Below are positions 26,328-34,703 of a stretch of DNA of 64,000 nt, one piece after another. The stretch comes from Candidatus Latescibacterota bacterium. GTDB taxonomy: Bacteria; Latescibacterota; UBA2968. The notes under the pieces are model-generated. The model did not search any database, was not told the DNA's origin, and saw only the letters and a list, made by a program, of their open reading frames with translations. Numbering within the stretch: position 1 is the stretch's first letter; each line of letters begins with the position of its first letter. The translations under genes were made by a program, and so were the position numbers. The stretch covers positions 352,001 to 416,000 of the forward strand of contig OZ242311.1 in the NCBI GenBank assembly GCA_965207885.1, in the 5' to 3' direction.

Positions 26328-28550
26328 TTATTTCATGTCGAGGAGTTGAACGCTCAGATAAGAGGGTTTTTGAGAGGGTAAGAGGATGGCGCAGATTGTG
26401 TTTTCGCCGGGGATCAGGATATCGAATTCGTCGGGATGGAGCAGGGCGCAGGTTTCCGAGATGGGTGCGGAGTGCTGCCTGACGCGGAGGCTGCGGATGA
26501 GTTGGCCGTTGATGAAGATCTGGCAGTCGGCAGATGAGGTGACGTAGAATAGGGGTTTATCAGGGCGTTGGTTCAGGTCGATGGTGGTGCGAAGATAGAC
26601 GGGGGTTCCTTCTGCTGTGCCATAAGGGCCTTTGCCCGCGTTCCAGGATGAATCGTCGAAGTGGGTTTGACACCAGTCGCCGCCGCAGTTTGGCAGGTTG
26701 GCGCGGGGCGAGGTGTGGATGGCGGGGAGAGGGGATACGTCGCCCGTGCTGTATCGCCATTCGGTGTGGGGACCGATGGTGGTTTCAAATTGCGGGGAAT
26801 CCCAGAGTGTGGCGTGGATTTTTCCGAGTTCGTCGGGGTCGATTTTGGAGATTTTGCGGTCGTAGGTGAGCCAGCCGTTGAGTTCGTGTTCGACGTCGGT
26901 GATCTGGGTATAGACGATGCCGTTGAGGGGGGTGAGGCCGACCATTGCGCGGAGGTTTTCGACCCAGAAGCGATAGTCGTCTTCCATCGCCTGTGGCGTT
27001 GGATATGTGGGGCGGGTGATGTCGTTGATGTGGTCGATGTGTTCGGATGGCTCTTCGTGGTCGTACCAGGTGTGACCCGGGATGCAGAGGTTGAATCCGC
27101 CCGCTTCGCCCAGGAGGACGATGCGGTCATTGGCGCTTTGTTGTTGCGCTGTGGCAGGATAGAAGGTGTAGTCGTGTATATCGCAGATGTCGCCCGTGCC
27201 CATGTCGGCCCAGCCGCTGGCGCTGGTGACGAGGCGAGAGGGGTCGCGTTGTGCGACGCGGTCTGTGAGGCGTTCGGTGTCGTGTTGCCCCCAGCCTTCG
27301 TTGAAGATGATCCACTGGACGACACTGGGATGGTTGTGCAGCCAGTCCATGATGTTGTCAAATTCGGTCTGCCATTGTTGTGCGGCTTCGGGGGTGACGT
27401 TTTGTCCGAATTTGGGCATGCAGACCATGTCTTGCCAGACCAATAGGCCGAGCCGGTCGCAGTGATAGTACCAGCGATCGGGATGGGTTTTGACGTGTAC
27501 GCGCACCATGTTGCAGGCGATTTGTTTGAGGTACTGGAGGTCGAAGAGGATGGCTTCGTCAGATGGCGGGGTGAGGATGCCGTCGGGCCAATAGCCCTGG
27601 TCCAGGGGTCCGAGTTGAAAGATGGGTTTGTCGTTGAGGAGGAAGCGTTTGATGCCGTTTTCGTCTTCGCCGATGGATATTTTTCGCATGCCAAAGTAGC
27701 TGTCGATTGTGTCGATGGTTTCGCCGTTGTGTTGTACTCTGACTTTGAGGTCGTAGAGGAAGGGGTGGTCCGGATGCCAGAGTTTTGCGTTTGGGATGCT
27801 GAGGGAGATGGTGCGGTCGGCCCGTCCGGTTGCTTCGGAGACTTGCTGGTTGCCGTCATAGGCGATTGTTTGAATTTGGGAATTCTCTAACCTTTCGCCT
27901 GAGACAATAATATCTATCTTTTCAGCGTCTATATCGGGTGTGAGACGAAGGGTGCGGATGGATTGCTCTGGTACGGCTTCGAGCCAGACGGTTTGCCAGA
28001 TGCCGCCGGTGGGTTGATACCGAAATCCCTGGCGGTTTTCCGGCATGATTTGTTTGCCAAGGGCTTGGGGCTGTTGCTCGGTGGCGTCCCAGCAGGAGAC
28101 GGTGAGTTCGTTCGCGCCGTCTGTTAAATGGTCGGTGATGTCAAAGGTGAAGGGGTCGTATCCGCCGCGATGTTGACCCGCTTGCTCGCCGTTGATATAG
28201 GCACTGGTTTCCCAGTCAGATGCCTGAAAATGGAGGAGTACGCGTTTGCCCTCCCATGCGTCGGGAACGATAATATTCCGACGATACCAGAGTCGCTGGT
28301 TCGGGCGGAGGATTTCCATGATGCCCGAGAGGGGGGCGTCTATGGCAAAGGGTACGAGGATTTGACCCTGATAGGTATCAGGTGCGCTGGTGTTGCCGAT
28401 GGGTTCGAGAGCGTAGTCCCACAATCCGTTGAGGTTTTGCCAGTGTTGGCGCACCATTTGAGGGCGCGGGTGTTCTGGCAGGGCGTTGTCGGGGGAGACG
28501 TTTTCCGCAAAAGGCGTTGAGATGTGTTTGGTCACGGGGTTCCAGGTCAT
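26328..28550 (-). CDS. GH2-family glycoside hydrolase
   Basis: WQNLNGLW, H.GGYDPF, GIWQTVWLE, GPLDQGYWPDG, WIIFNEGWGQ, YTQITDVEHE. Confidence 0.9.
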   Translation of the reverse strand: MTWNPVTKHISTPFAENVSPDNALPEHPRPQMVRQHWQNLNGLWDYALEPIGNTSAPDTYQGQILVPFAIDAPLSGIMEILRPNQRLWYRRNIIVPDAWEGKRVLLHFQASDWETSAYINGEQAGQHRGGYDPFTFDITDHLTDGANELTVSCWDATEQQPQALGKQIMPENRQGFRYQPTGGIWQTVWLEAVPEQSIRTLRLTPDIDAEKIDIIVSGERLENSQIQTIAYDGNQQVSEATGRADRTISLSIPNAKLWHPDHPFLYDLKVRVQHNGETIDTIDSYFGMRKISIGEDENGIKRFLLNDKPIFQLGPLDQGYWPDGILTPPSDEAILFDLQYLKQIACNMVRVHVKTHPDRWYYHCDRLGLLVWQDMVCMPKFGQNVTPEAAQQWQTEFDNIMDWLHNHPSVVQWIIFNEGWGQHDTERLTDRVAQRDPSRLVTSASGWADMGTGDICDIHDYTFYPATAQQQSANDRIVLLGEAGGFNLCIPGHTWYDHEEPSEHIDHINDITRPTYPTPQAMEDDYRFWVENLRAMVGLTPLNGIVYTQITDVEHELNGWLTYDRKISKIDPDELGKIHATLWDSPQFETTIGPHTEWRYSTGDVSPLPAIHTSPRANLPNCGGDWCQTHFDDSSWNAGKGPYGTAEGTPVYLRTTIDLNQRPDKPLFYVTSSADCQIFINGQLIRSLRVRQHSAPISETCALLHPDEFDILIPGENTICAILLPSQKPSYLSVQLLDMK

Positions 28551-28553
28551 CTC

Positions 28554-29963
28554 TCAAGCTACCTTTTTGGGTCTTCTTTGTGTCTGACCTCTGGGTTCGC
28601 TGTCCCAGCGCAGTGCCTGGAGGCGATGCATGGCGGCTCTGAGTGCTTCGGGCGTGCCGATGCGATAGAGGCCGTGTACCGCAAATCCTCGAACGTAGTG
28701 GTTGCCATCGCGCATGGCGTCTGCCAATTCGGGAATGGCTTCTTCGGCATGGATGCCCAATCGCGCGAGGGAGAGGGCGGCGTTGCGTCGCACAAAGTCG
28801 CTTTCATCCGTAGATAGGATGTCGGCGAGCGGGCGCACGGCTTCCGTGCTGTTCTGACTGGTGGTGCCCAGGGATTCCGCGGCGTGTGCGCGTGTGTCTT
28901 CGTCGGTGTCCTGCAACAGGGCGATGAGATCGGGCGTGGCTGAGTTTGCTCGCAAGCCCAGGTCGCCGAGTACATCGACTGCGCGCATGCGGATTTTTGG
29001 GTCCGGATTTTTGGTGAGTTCGATCAGTGCGGGTACGGCGACTTCGCCGACGTTTGTGAATCCGTATCCGGCGTTTCGAGGTGGGGCTTCATCTTCCGTA
29101 TCTTTGAGTGCGTCAATCATGGCGGGAATCGCTTTTTCGCCCTGTAATCCGAGGGTGTAGGACGCATGGAGCGCGGCGGCTTCGCTGGGGTTAGATAGTT
29201 GCTCGCTCAGGGTTTGGATTGATGTCCCATTGCTCGCGTGTTCGGGTGCTTTGCCCAGGTGCCAGTCCCACATGGCCTGCCATATCGGTTCTTGTGGATC
29301 GTCGGATGCGATCCATGTTTCGTCTCTGTGATCCCATGTGGGTTCGGTAGGCTCGGTCATGCGCGTGAATAGGAATTTGACCATGTGGCGCGTGATCTCT
29401 GTGTAGTTGGCTTCTTTTTTGTGGAGGATGTCGTAGTGGATAAGTGCGACGGTTCCAGCCGGTCCGGATGTGAAGAGGTGTTCTCCTTCCTGGTCGCGGG
29501 CGGTGATGTATTGCGATCTGGGGGTTACGCTGGTCGGTCCCATTTCGCGGGGTGTGTCCTGGGGGTAATACATCGCCATCATCCAGCGGCAGTGGTGATG
29601 ACGGCGGTTTTGGTCGGCGCAAAATCGGCTGTTGTGCAAGCTGTCTTTGTGCATGGTGCGCGCATCGCTGCCGGGACGGCTTTCGTGTACGTGGCGGTGC
29701 AGGTGCAGATAATAATCGGGTCCGAGGATGCTGGAAAATGCGCCGTGTACAATGGGGTGATCCCATACGTCTTGCAGTTCTGGTACGGCGGGGAGGAGGT
29801 TGTTGCCGGGATTTCTGCCGCTGTTTTTTTCAAAGGATTCATCGATGCGTTTATAGACTTTTTCGTGGAATCCCTCCGGGAAGTCGGGGTGGAGGATCAA
29901 ATATCCGTCGCGGATGAATTGCTGCATTTGCTCGTCGGTCAATAAGACGGGTTTGTCTGCCAT
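28554..29963 (-). CDS. PhyH-family Fe(II)/2OG dioxygenase fused to HEAT/PBS repeats
   Basis: QFIRDGYL, HKD and YDILH metal ligands; C-terminal repeats (AVPALIEL...RMRAVDVLG, VRRNAALSLARLG). Confidence 0.85.
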   Translation of the reverse strand: MADKPVLLTDEQMQQFIRDGYLILHPDFPEGFHEKVYKRIDESFEKNSGRNPGNNLLPAVPELQDVWDHPIVHGAFSSILGPDYYLHLHRHVHESRPGSDARTMHKDSLHNSRFCADQNRRHHHCRWMMAMYYPQDTPREMGPTSVTPRSQYITARDQEGEHLFTSGPAGTVALIHYDILHKKEANYTEITRHMVKFLFTRMTEPTEPTWDHRDETWIASDDPQEPIWQAMWDWHLGKAPEHASNGTSIQTLSEQLSNPSEAAALHASYTLGLQGEKAIPAMIDALKDTEDEAPPRNAGYGFTNVGEVAVPALIELTKNPDPKIRMRAVDVLGDLGLRANSATPDLIALLQDTDEDTRAHAAESLGTTSQNSTEAVRPLADILSTDESDFVRRNAALSLARLGIHAEEAIPELADAMRDGNHYVRGFAVHGLYRIGTPEALRAAMHRLQALRWDSEPRGQTQRRPKKVA

Positions 29964-30056
29964 GACAGTTTCCTTTCTGGTGTTATGGATGGTTGAATAT
30001 ATAAATATTTCATAATACCTCTATTTAATCAAGGACATTTTGTTTCTGAGCACATG

Positions 30057-30839
30057 CTACAATTGTAACGCGATACTGCCCCGATTTTTCTCGTTGAGTC
30101 TGTCCATGTAATCCCTGCGCTCAAAGAACTGGCTGGTGTCGTAGAGAAAGGCGTATTTGCCGTTCCGAGCACAGCCGGTTTCGAGGGCGACGCGGTTGAT
30201 TTCGGCGATGTTGGGATAGGAGGGCCAGAGTATGCCTTCTTCGCAGTAGGAGGTGTCGATGAAGTAGCGTTTGTAAATGCCGCCGCCGGGTTTGGGTCGG
30301 CGGGCGTGTTGCAGGGCGGAGTGGACGATGATGATGGATCCGGGGGCCAAATTGTCGATGGTGCGCGAGCCGGGCAGGTCTTCGAATTGAAATTGGCGAT
30401 AGGCATCGTTGGCCATGACTTTTTTGTGGGTGCCGGGCATGACGAGGAGGTCGCCCACTTCGCCGTTCAGGCCGTCCATGTACATGAATACATGGACCAT
30501 GAGGTGCGAGCGATTGGTCTGCGGGAGTTGTGCATAATCCTGATGCCACGGTGCCCCGCGTTCTCCGGGCAGTTGCCATCGGGCGTGGATGTGGTGATGG
30601 ACAAATTTTTTTCCATTCATCAGATCGGCCACGCGATCGACAACACCGGGTTCAGATGTGAGGAGGCCGAGTTCTGGATACGCCATGAGCATGGGGCGTT
30701 CACCTTTTTCGCGGTCGATCATGAGTTGATCGACATCGGCTTTGATGCGCTCGTTGAGGTCGTGGTCGAAGAGGCCTTCGAATACGAGGTATCCCTCTTC
30801 GTCGAATTGGGCGATGTCATCGGGTGTGAGATGGTTCAT
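30057..30839 (-). CDS. PhyH-family dioxygenase
   Basis: QFDEEGYL, WHQD, PGTHK, PGSIIIVHSALQH. Confidence 0.88.
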   Translation of the reverse strand: MNHLTPDDIAQFDEEGYLVFEGLFDHDLNERIKADVDQLMIDREKGERPMLMAYPELGLLTSEPGVVDRVADLMNGKKFVHHHIHARWQLPGERGAPWHQDYAQLPQTNRSHLMVHVFMYMDGLNGEVGDLLVMPGTHKKVMANDAYRQFQFEDLPGSRTIDNLAPGSIIIVHSALQHARRPKPGGGIYKRYFIDTSYCEEGILWPSYPNIAEINRVALETGCARNGKYAFLYDTSQFFERRDYMDRLNEKNRGSIALQL

Positions 30840-30852
30840 GGGTCCTCCTTAG

Positions 30853-30975
30853 CGAATCAACGAATCAACGAATCAACGAATCAACGAATCGAAGCTCGTA
30901 GTGATTTGGGGTGGTTGGGTGGGATTCGTCTATTCGTCTATTCGCGCTTTTCTCGTCTATTCGTCTATTCGTCTG
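30853..30975. repeat. Inverted pair of 8-bp tandem arrays
   Basis: (CGAATCAA)4CGAATC at 30853-30890 and several ATTCGTCT units at about 30924-30975. Confidence 0.85.
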
Positions 30976-30976
30976 T

Positions 30977-32476
30977 TCATCGCAGTTGTAAACTACCATT
31001 GTCGTACACGAATGCCAGATGCATATCGGGGTTGCCGTGGGCAAAGTTGCCGTCGCAGGCTCTGAGGAGTTGGCGTGCGAGTTGATCGACTTTGTCGGGA
31101 TATTCGACGGCGAGGTCGTTTTCTTCCCGGTAGTCGTCCAGGATGTTGTAGAGTTGAAAGCCGTTGGTTTTGTTGATGTGGCGCAATTTCCAGCCATCGG
31201 CTGTGGTGAGGGCGGGACCCAGGCGCGATGAAAAGACGACGGGTGCATGGGGGCGTTGCTCTTTGCCCAAAAGGGTGGGTAAGAAGGATTCGCCGTCTTT
31301 TCCGCCGGGTGTTTCCTGCCCTATGAGATCGGATAGCGTGGGCATAAAATCGTAATTGGCGATCATGTGATCGGTTGTGCCGGGGGAGATGTGACCGGGC
31401 CAGCGCGCGATGTAGGGCAGGCGAGTGCCGCCTTCCCAACTCGTCCATTTGAGACCGGCCATGCCGTCGTTGCCGTTGAAGATGTCGCCGCTTTGTTCGG
31501 TTGTGTGCCGGGTGGTGATGTCGTCATAGCGGATGCCGTCGAGGTTTTGCCTCTTGACAGTACGGCCTTGTTGTGCGGCGTAGATTTCGTGGCCGTTGTC
31601 AGAGCTGAAGAAGACGATGGTGTTGTCGGCAATGCCGAGTGCGTCGAGTTCCTCGAGGATGATGCCAACGGTGTCGTCGAGGCGAAGAATCATGGATGCG
31701 TATTCTTTTTCAAAGCCGGTGAGTTCTGGCGCGTCTTTTACGCCCGGGTGAATTTCGGGAACGGAGATGGGTCCGTGGGGCAGTTGTGAGGGGTGGAAGA
31801 GGAAGAAGGGGTGGTGGCGATGTTTGCGGAGGAAATCGACGATTTTGTCGTTGAAGAGGTCCTGGGAGTAGGTGACTTTCCCGGTCATGTCGTGGCGGAT
31901 GGCTGCGTTTTCCGGAGATTCTGAACCGGGGTGGTTGCCACAGTCGGGATGGGTGTTGCCGGGTATTTCGACTATGTCGCCATTTTCAAAGAGGAATGGC
32001 GGATAGAAGCCGTGGCAGAGTTGATGGTCGTAGTAGCCGTAGTGGTAGTCCCATCCATGCCGATGAATGCGTTCTGGTGTTGTGGCAAAGCCCCACTCGA
32101 GTTTGCCGATTTGTCCCGTGACATAGCCTGCGCGTTGTGCGATTTGTGCGAGGAAGACTTCGTCGGGGCGTTCTTGAAGGCCGGTGTTGTTGATGAGTTC
32201 GGCGATGTGTTCAAAGGTCATCGCGCCTTCGGCCATGGGGCGGTAGAGACCGCCTCTGGTGAAGGTCCATCGGCCCGCGTGTGCGTCGTGATAGCCGGTC
32301 ATGAGGCTGGCGCGCGCCGGGGCGCAAAAGATACAGCCATAGGCGCGGGTGAATTGCAAGCCTTCGCGGGAGAGGCGGTCGATATTGGGGGTTTGAAAGT
32401 GTTTTTGGCCGTAGCAGGAGAGCATGCCGCGGCCGAGATCGTCGCCGTAGATGTAGATGATGTTGGGATTGGACAT
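30977..32476 (-). CDS. Sulfatase (S1 family, Cys-type)
   Basis: PNIIYIYGDDLG, CAPARASLMTG, SSDNG, WEGGTRLP. Confidence 0.92.
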   Translation of the reverse strand: MSNPNIIYIYGDDLGRGMLSCYGQKHFQTPNIDRLSREGLQFTRAYGCIFCAPARASLMTGYHDAHAGRWTFTRGGLYRPMAEGAMTFEHIAELINNTGLQERPDEVFLAQIAQRAGYVTGQIGKLEWGFATTPERIHRHGWDYHYGYYDHQLCHGFYPPFLFENGDIVEIPGNTHPDCGNHPGSESPENAAIRHDMTGKVTYSQDLFNDKIVDFLRKHRHHPFFLFHPSQLPHGPISVPEIHPGVKDAPELTGFEKEYASMILRLDDTVGIILEELDALGIADNTIVFFSSDNGHEIYAAQQGRTVKRQNLDGIRYDDITTRHTTEQSGDIFNGNDGMAGLKWTSWEGGTRLPYIARWPGHISPGTTDHMIANYDFMPTLSDLIGQETPGGKDGESFLPTLLGKEQRPHAPVVFSSRLGPALTTADGWKLRHINKTNGFQLYNILDDYREENDLAVEYPDKVDQLARQLLRACDGNFAHGNPDMHLAFVYDNGSLQLR

Positions 32477-32487
32477 GGATATTCCTT

Positions 32488-33552
32488 TTATAGCTCGGTG
32501 ACATCGATAGCCTTGCGCTGTGTTGTCGCCTGGTGCGCGGCGTGGATGATCGAGAGGTTGTGGCGGGCGTGTTCGGCGGTGATTGGGGGTGAGTTGCCTT
32601 CTGCGAGTGCTTTGAAGGTGGCGGCAAAATAGTTGGCGTGTCCAGCGCGGGATAGGGCGTCTGTGCTGAGGCCGTGGTCGAGGTCAACGGGTTGCCATCT
32701 GCGGTCGGCTTTGTCGAGGTAGCGGAGTTCGCGCCCGCGCCCGACAATGCGGATGGCATGTGTGCGGGTATAGACTTCGCATATACTCTGATCGCCGCCG
32801 GGCATGCCCCAGGATGTTGAGACGGTAGAGATTGCGCCGTTTTCGTGTTCAAAGAGGAGGAAGGCGACGTCATCGACGTCGAAGTCGAAGAATTTGGTCT
32901 GTACGCGGGCTTCGACATAGCGCACGGGTGAGCCGATCATGGTTTCGACGAGGTAAATTTCGTGGTACGCAGTGTCGCCGATACAGCCGCCGCCGGCTGC
33001 TTTTGATGCGCGCCAGACGTTGTTGGGGTCGGCCTGGTCTTCTGTTTTGCCAAAGAGGGAGAGGGCGCGGCCCGTTTGGGGTATGCCTGTGTTTTCCTCG
33101 CGCAGTAGTCTGAGTGCTTCTGCGGTGCCGGGTGTGTAGAGGAAGTTGTGTACTATGGCGTAGGGGACGTTGTGTTTTTTTACGGCGTCGAGGAGGCGGT
33201 CGGCTTCTTCGAGGGATGTTGCCATGGGTTTTTCCGAGATGATGGCGACGCCCGCCTGTGCGGCCTCGATGACGTGTTCGGCGTGCAGGTGATGGGGGGT
33301 GGCGATGATGACGGCGTCGAGTTCGGCGCGGTCGAGCATGTGGCGATGGTCTTCGTAGCGTTGTTCTAAAGTGATGTCTGCTGCTGTGCCAACGCGATTT
33401 CTGTTTTCGGGGATGGGATCGGCTATTGCCGAGATATTTACGAGATCGGGTATATCGAGCAGGCCCTGGAGATGGGATTTTTGGACGATGCCGCCGCAGC
33501 CGATCAGGCCCAGGCGGATGGGGTGGTTTTGTTCACGGGGCATTGCGACCAT
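32488..33552 (-). CDS. Gfo/Idh/MocA oxidoreductase
   Basis: LGLIGCGGI, ATPHHLH, EKPMA, GGGCIGDTAYH. Confidence 0.9.
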   Translation of the reverse strand: MVAMPREQNHPIRLGLIGCGGIVQKSHLQGLLDIPDLVNISAIADPIPENRNRVGTAADITLEQRYEDHRHMLDRAELDAVIIATPHHLHAEHVIEAAQAGVAIISEKPMATSLEEADRLLDAVKKHNVPYAIVHNFLYTPGTAEALRLLREENTGIPQTGRALSLFGKTEDQADPNNVWRASKAAGGGCIGDTAYHEIYLVETMIGSPVRYVEARVQTKFFDFDVDDVAFLLFEHENGAISTVSTSWGMPGGDQSICEVYTRTHAIRIVGRGRELRYLDKADRRWQPVDLDHGLSTDALSRAGHANYFAATFKALAEGNSPPITAEHARHNLSIIHAAHQATTQRKAIDVTEL

Positions 33553-34642
33553 TCCTTTCTGCGATTTTTTGCGCGATGTATTCCGCGTCGCGTCCCACGC
33601 CGCGCAGGAGATGCGATCCGACGGTGTGTTGAAATTTCAAGCCGACGAAGAACAGGCCCGGGATGCAGACGCCGCGTCTGTGAATGGGTCCGTTTTTGTC
33701 AAATGCGGATTCGGGATGATGCACGCGGATGAATTTGTGGTCGGGTCTAAAGCCGGTACACCATAAGACGGTCAGGTTTCCTAAGCTGACAATTTTGTCG
33801 TTGGCACAGACGATTCCGCGATGGTCGGCATCTATTACGCGACCGACTCGTTGTACGCCATAGTGTTTTGAAAGCCAGCGCGGCGATGGCGCCATGGCGG
33901 GGTCGCCGCCCTGCCATTGGTGCATAATACGCCGTCCGATCAGCGTTTGTCGCTGGATTTCAAATACTGGGAGCATGCGCGAGAATACGCCGATGGGGAT
34001 TCCCAGTATAGACCATGGGACGACGCCGTTGCCGCTGAGTGCAAATGAGAGGTTTTCAAATTGATCCGATTGTGCCAGGTCCAGGCAGATTTGGACGCCA
34101 CTACTGCCGCTGCCGACGATGAGGACGTTTGGCGTTGTGATCTGGTCGGGGTTTCGATAGGCCGATGAGTGTAGCTGGGGGGTTGTTTGCGGCAGTTTTC
34201 TGGCGGCGTCTGGGACAAAGGGACGGGCTGCATGTCCGGTGCAGATGGCGACGTTGGTCGTTTGATACGTTTTGGTGTCTGTATGCACGTGCCAGGTGTT
34301 TTCTCCTTCGGCGACTTGCGTGACGGTGACGCCTTCTTTTAATGGCGGATTGACCATCTGGCGATACGCCTGGAAATAGTCGACTGCTTCTTCGCGTGTG
34401 GCAGTGTCATACCAGGCTTTGTGCGGTGCAAATGGTTTTTGCATGCCGGGCAAGGTGTTCATCCAATTGGCTGTGTTTAACCGGAAGCTGTCCCAGCAGT
34501 TGTGCCACGCAGAGAACGCCCGGTCGCGTTCCAATACGAGGTGCTCGACCCCGCGTTTTTGCAAGAAATAACTCAGTGTTATGCCGGCTTGTCCACCGCC
34601 TATAACGATGGTGTTTATTATATGGTGGTCTTTACGCATCAA
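33533..34642 (-). CDS. Flavin-dependent monooxygenase (CzcO/FMO-like)
   Basis: VIGGGQAG, WDSFRLNT, LHSSAYRNP, VGSGSSG, WCTGF, GVGRDA. Confidence 0.85.
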   Translation of the reverse strand: MMRKDHHIINTIVIGGGQAGITLSYFLQKRGVEHLVLERDRAFSAWHNCWDSFRLNTANWMNTLPGMQKPFAPHKAWYDTATREEAVDYFQAYRQMVNPPLKEGVTVTQVAEGENTWHVHTDTKTYQTTNVAICTGHAARPFVPDAARKLPQTTPQLHSSAYRNPDQITTPNVLIVGSGSSGVQICLDLAQSDQFENLSFALSGNGVVPWSILGIPIGVFSRMLPVFEIQRQTLIGRRIMHQWQGGDPAMAPSPRWLSKHYGVQRVGRVIDADHRGIVCANDKIVSLGNLTVLWCTGFRPDHKFIRVHHPESAFDKNGPIHRRGVCIPGLFFVGLKFQHTVGSHLLRGVGRDAEYIAQKIAERNGRNAP

Positions 34643-34660
34643 TCAATCCTATCAACAGAG

Positions 34661-34703
34661 CCGTCATCGCGGCGTGGCGTTGAGCCGCGATCCAGAAGAT
34701 TTT
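34661..34703 (+). repeat. REP-like palindrome (CCGTCATCGCGGC family) overlapping the 3' end of the membrane-protein gene
   Basis: CCGTCATCGCGGCGTGGCGTTGAGCCGCGATCCAG; contains that gene's stop codon. Confidence 0.8.

Noticed and set aside
30853-31248. CRISPR array or repeat-protein ORF (30865-31248)
   Set aside because: 8-bp tandem units without spacers; the ORF is an out-of-frame overlap with the sulfatase.
20229-33766. Many long alternative-frame and antisense ORFs (e.g. 26573-27859, 25168-25944)
   Set aside because: Low-complexity T/S/P/R or V/G/D products expected from biased codon usage in the real genes.
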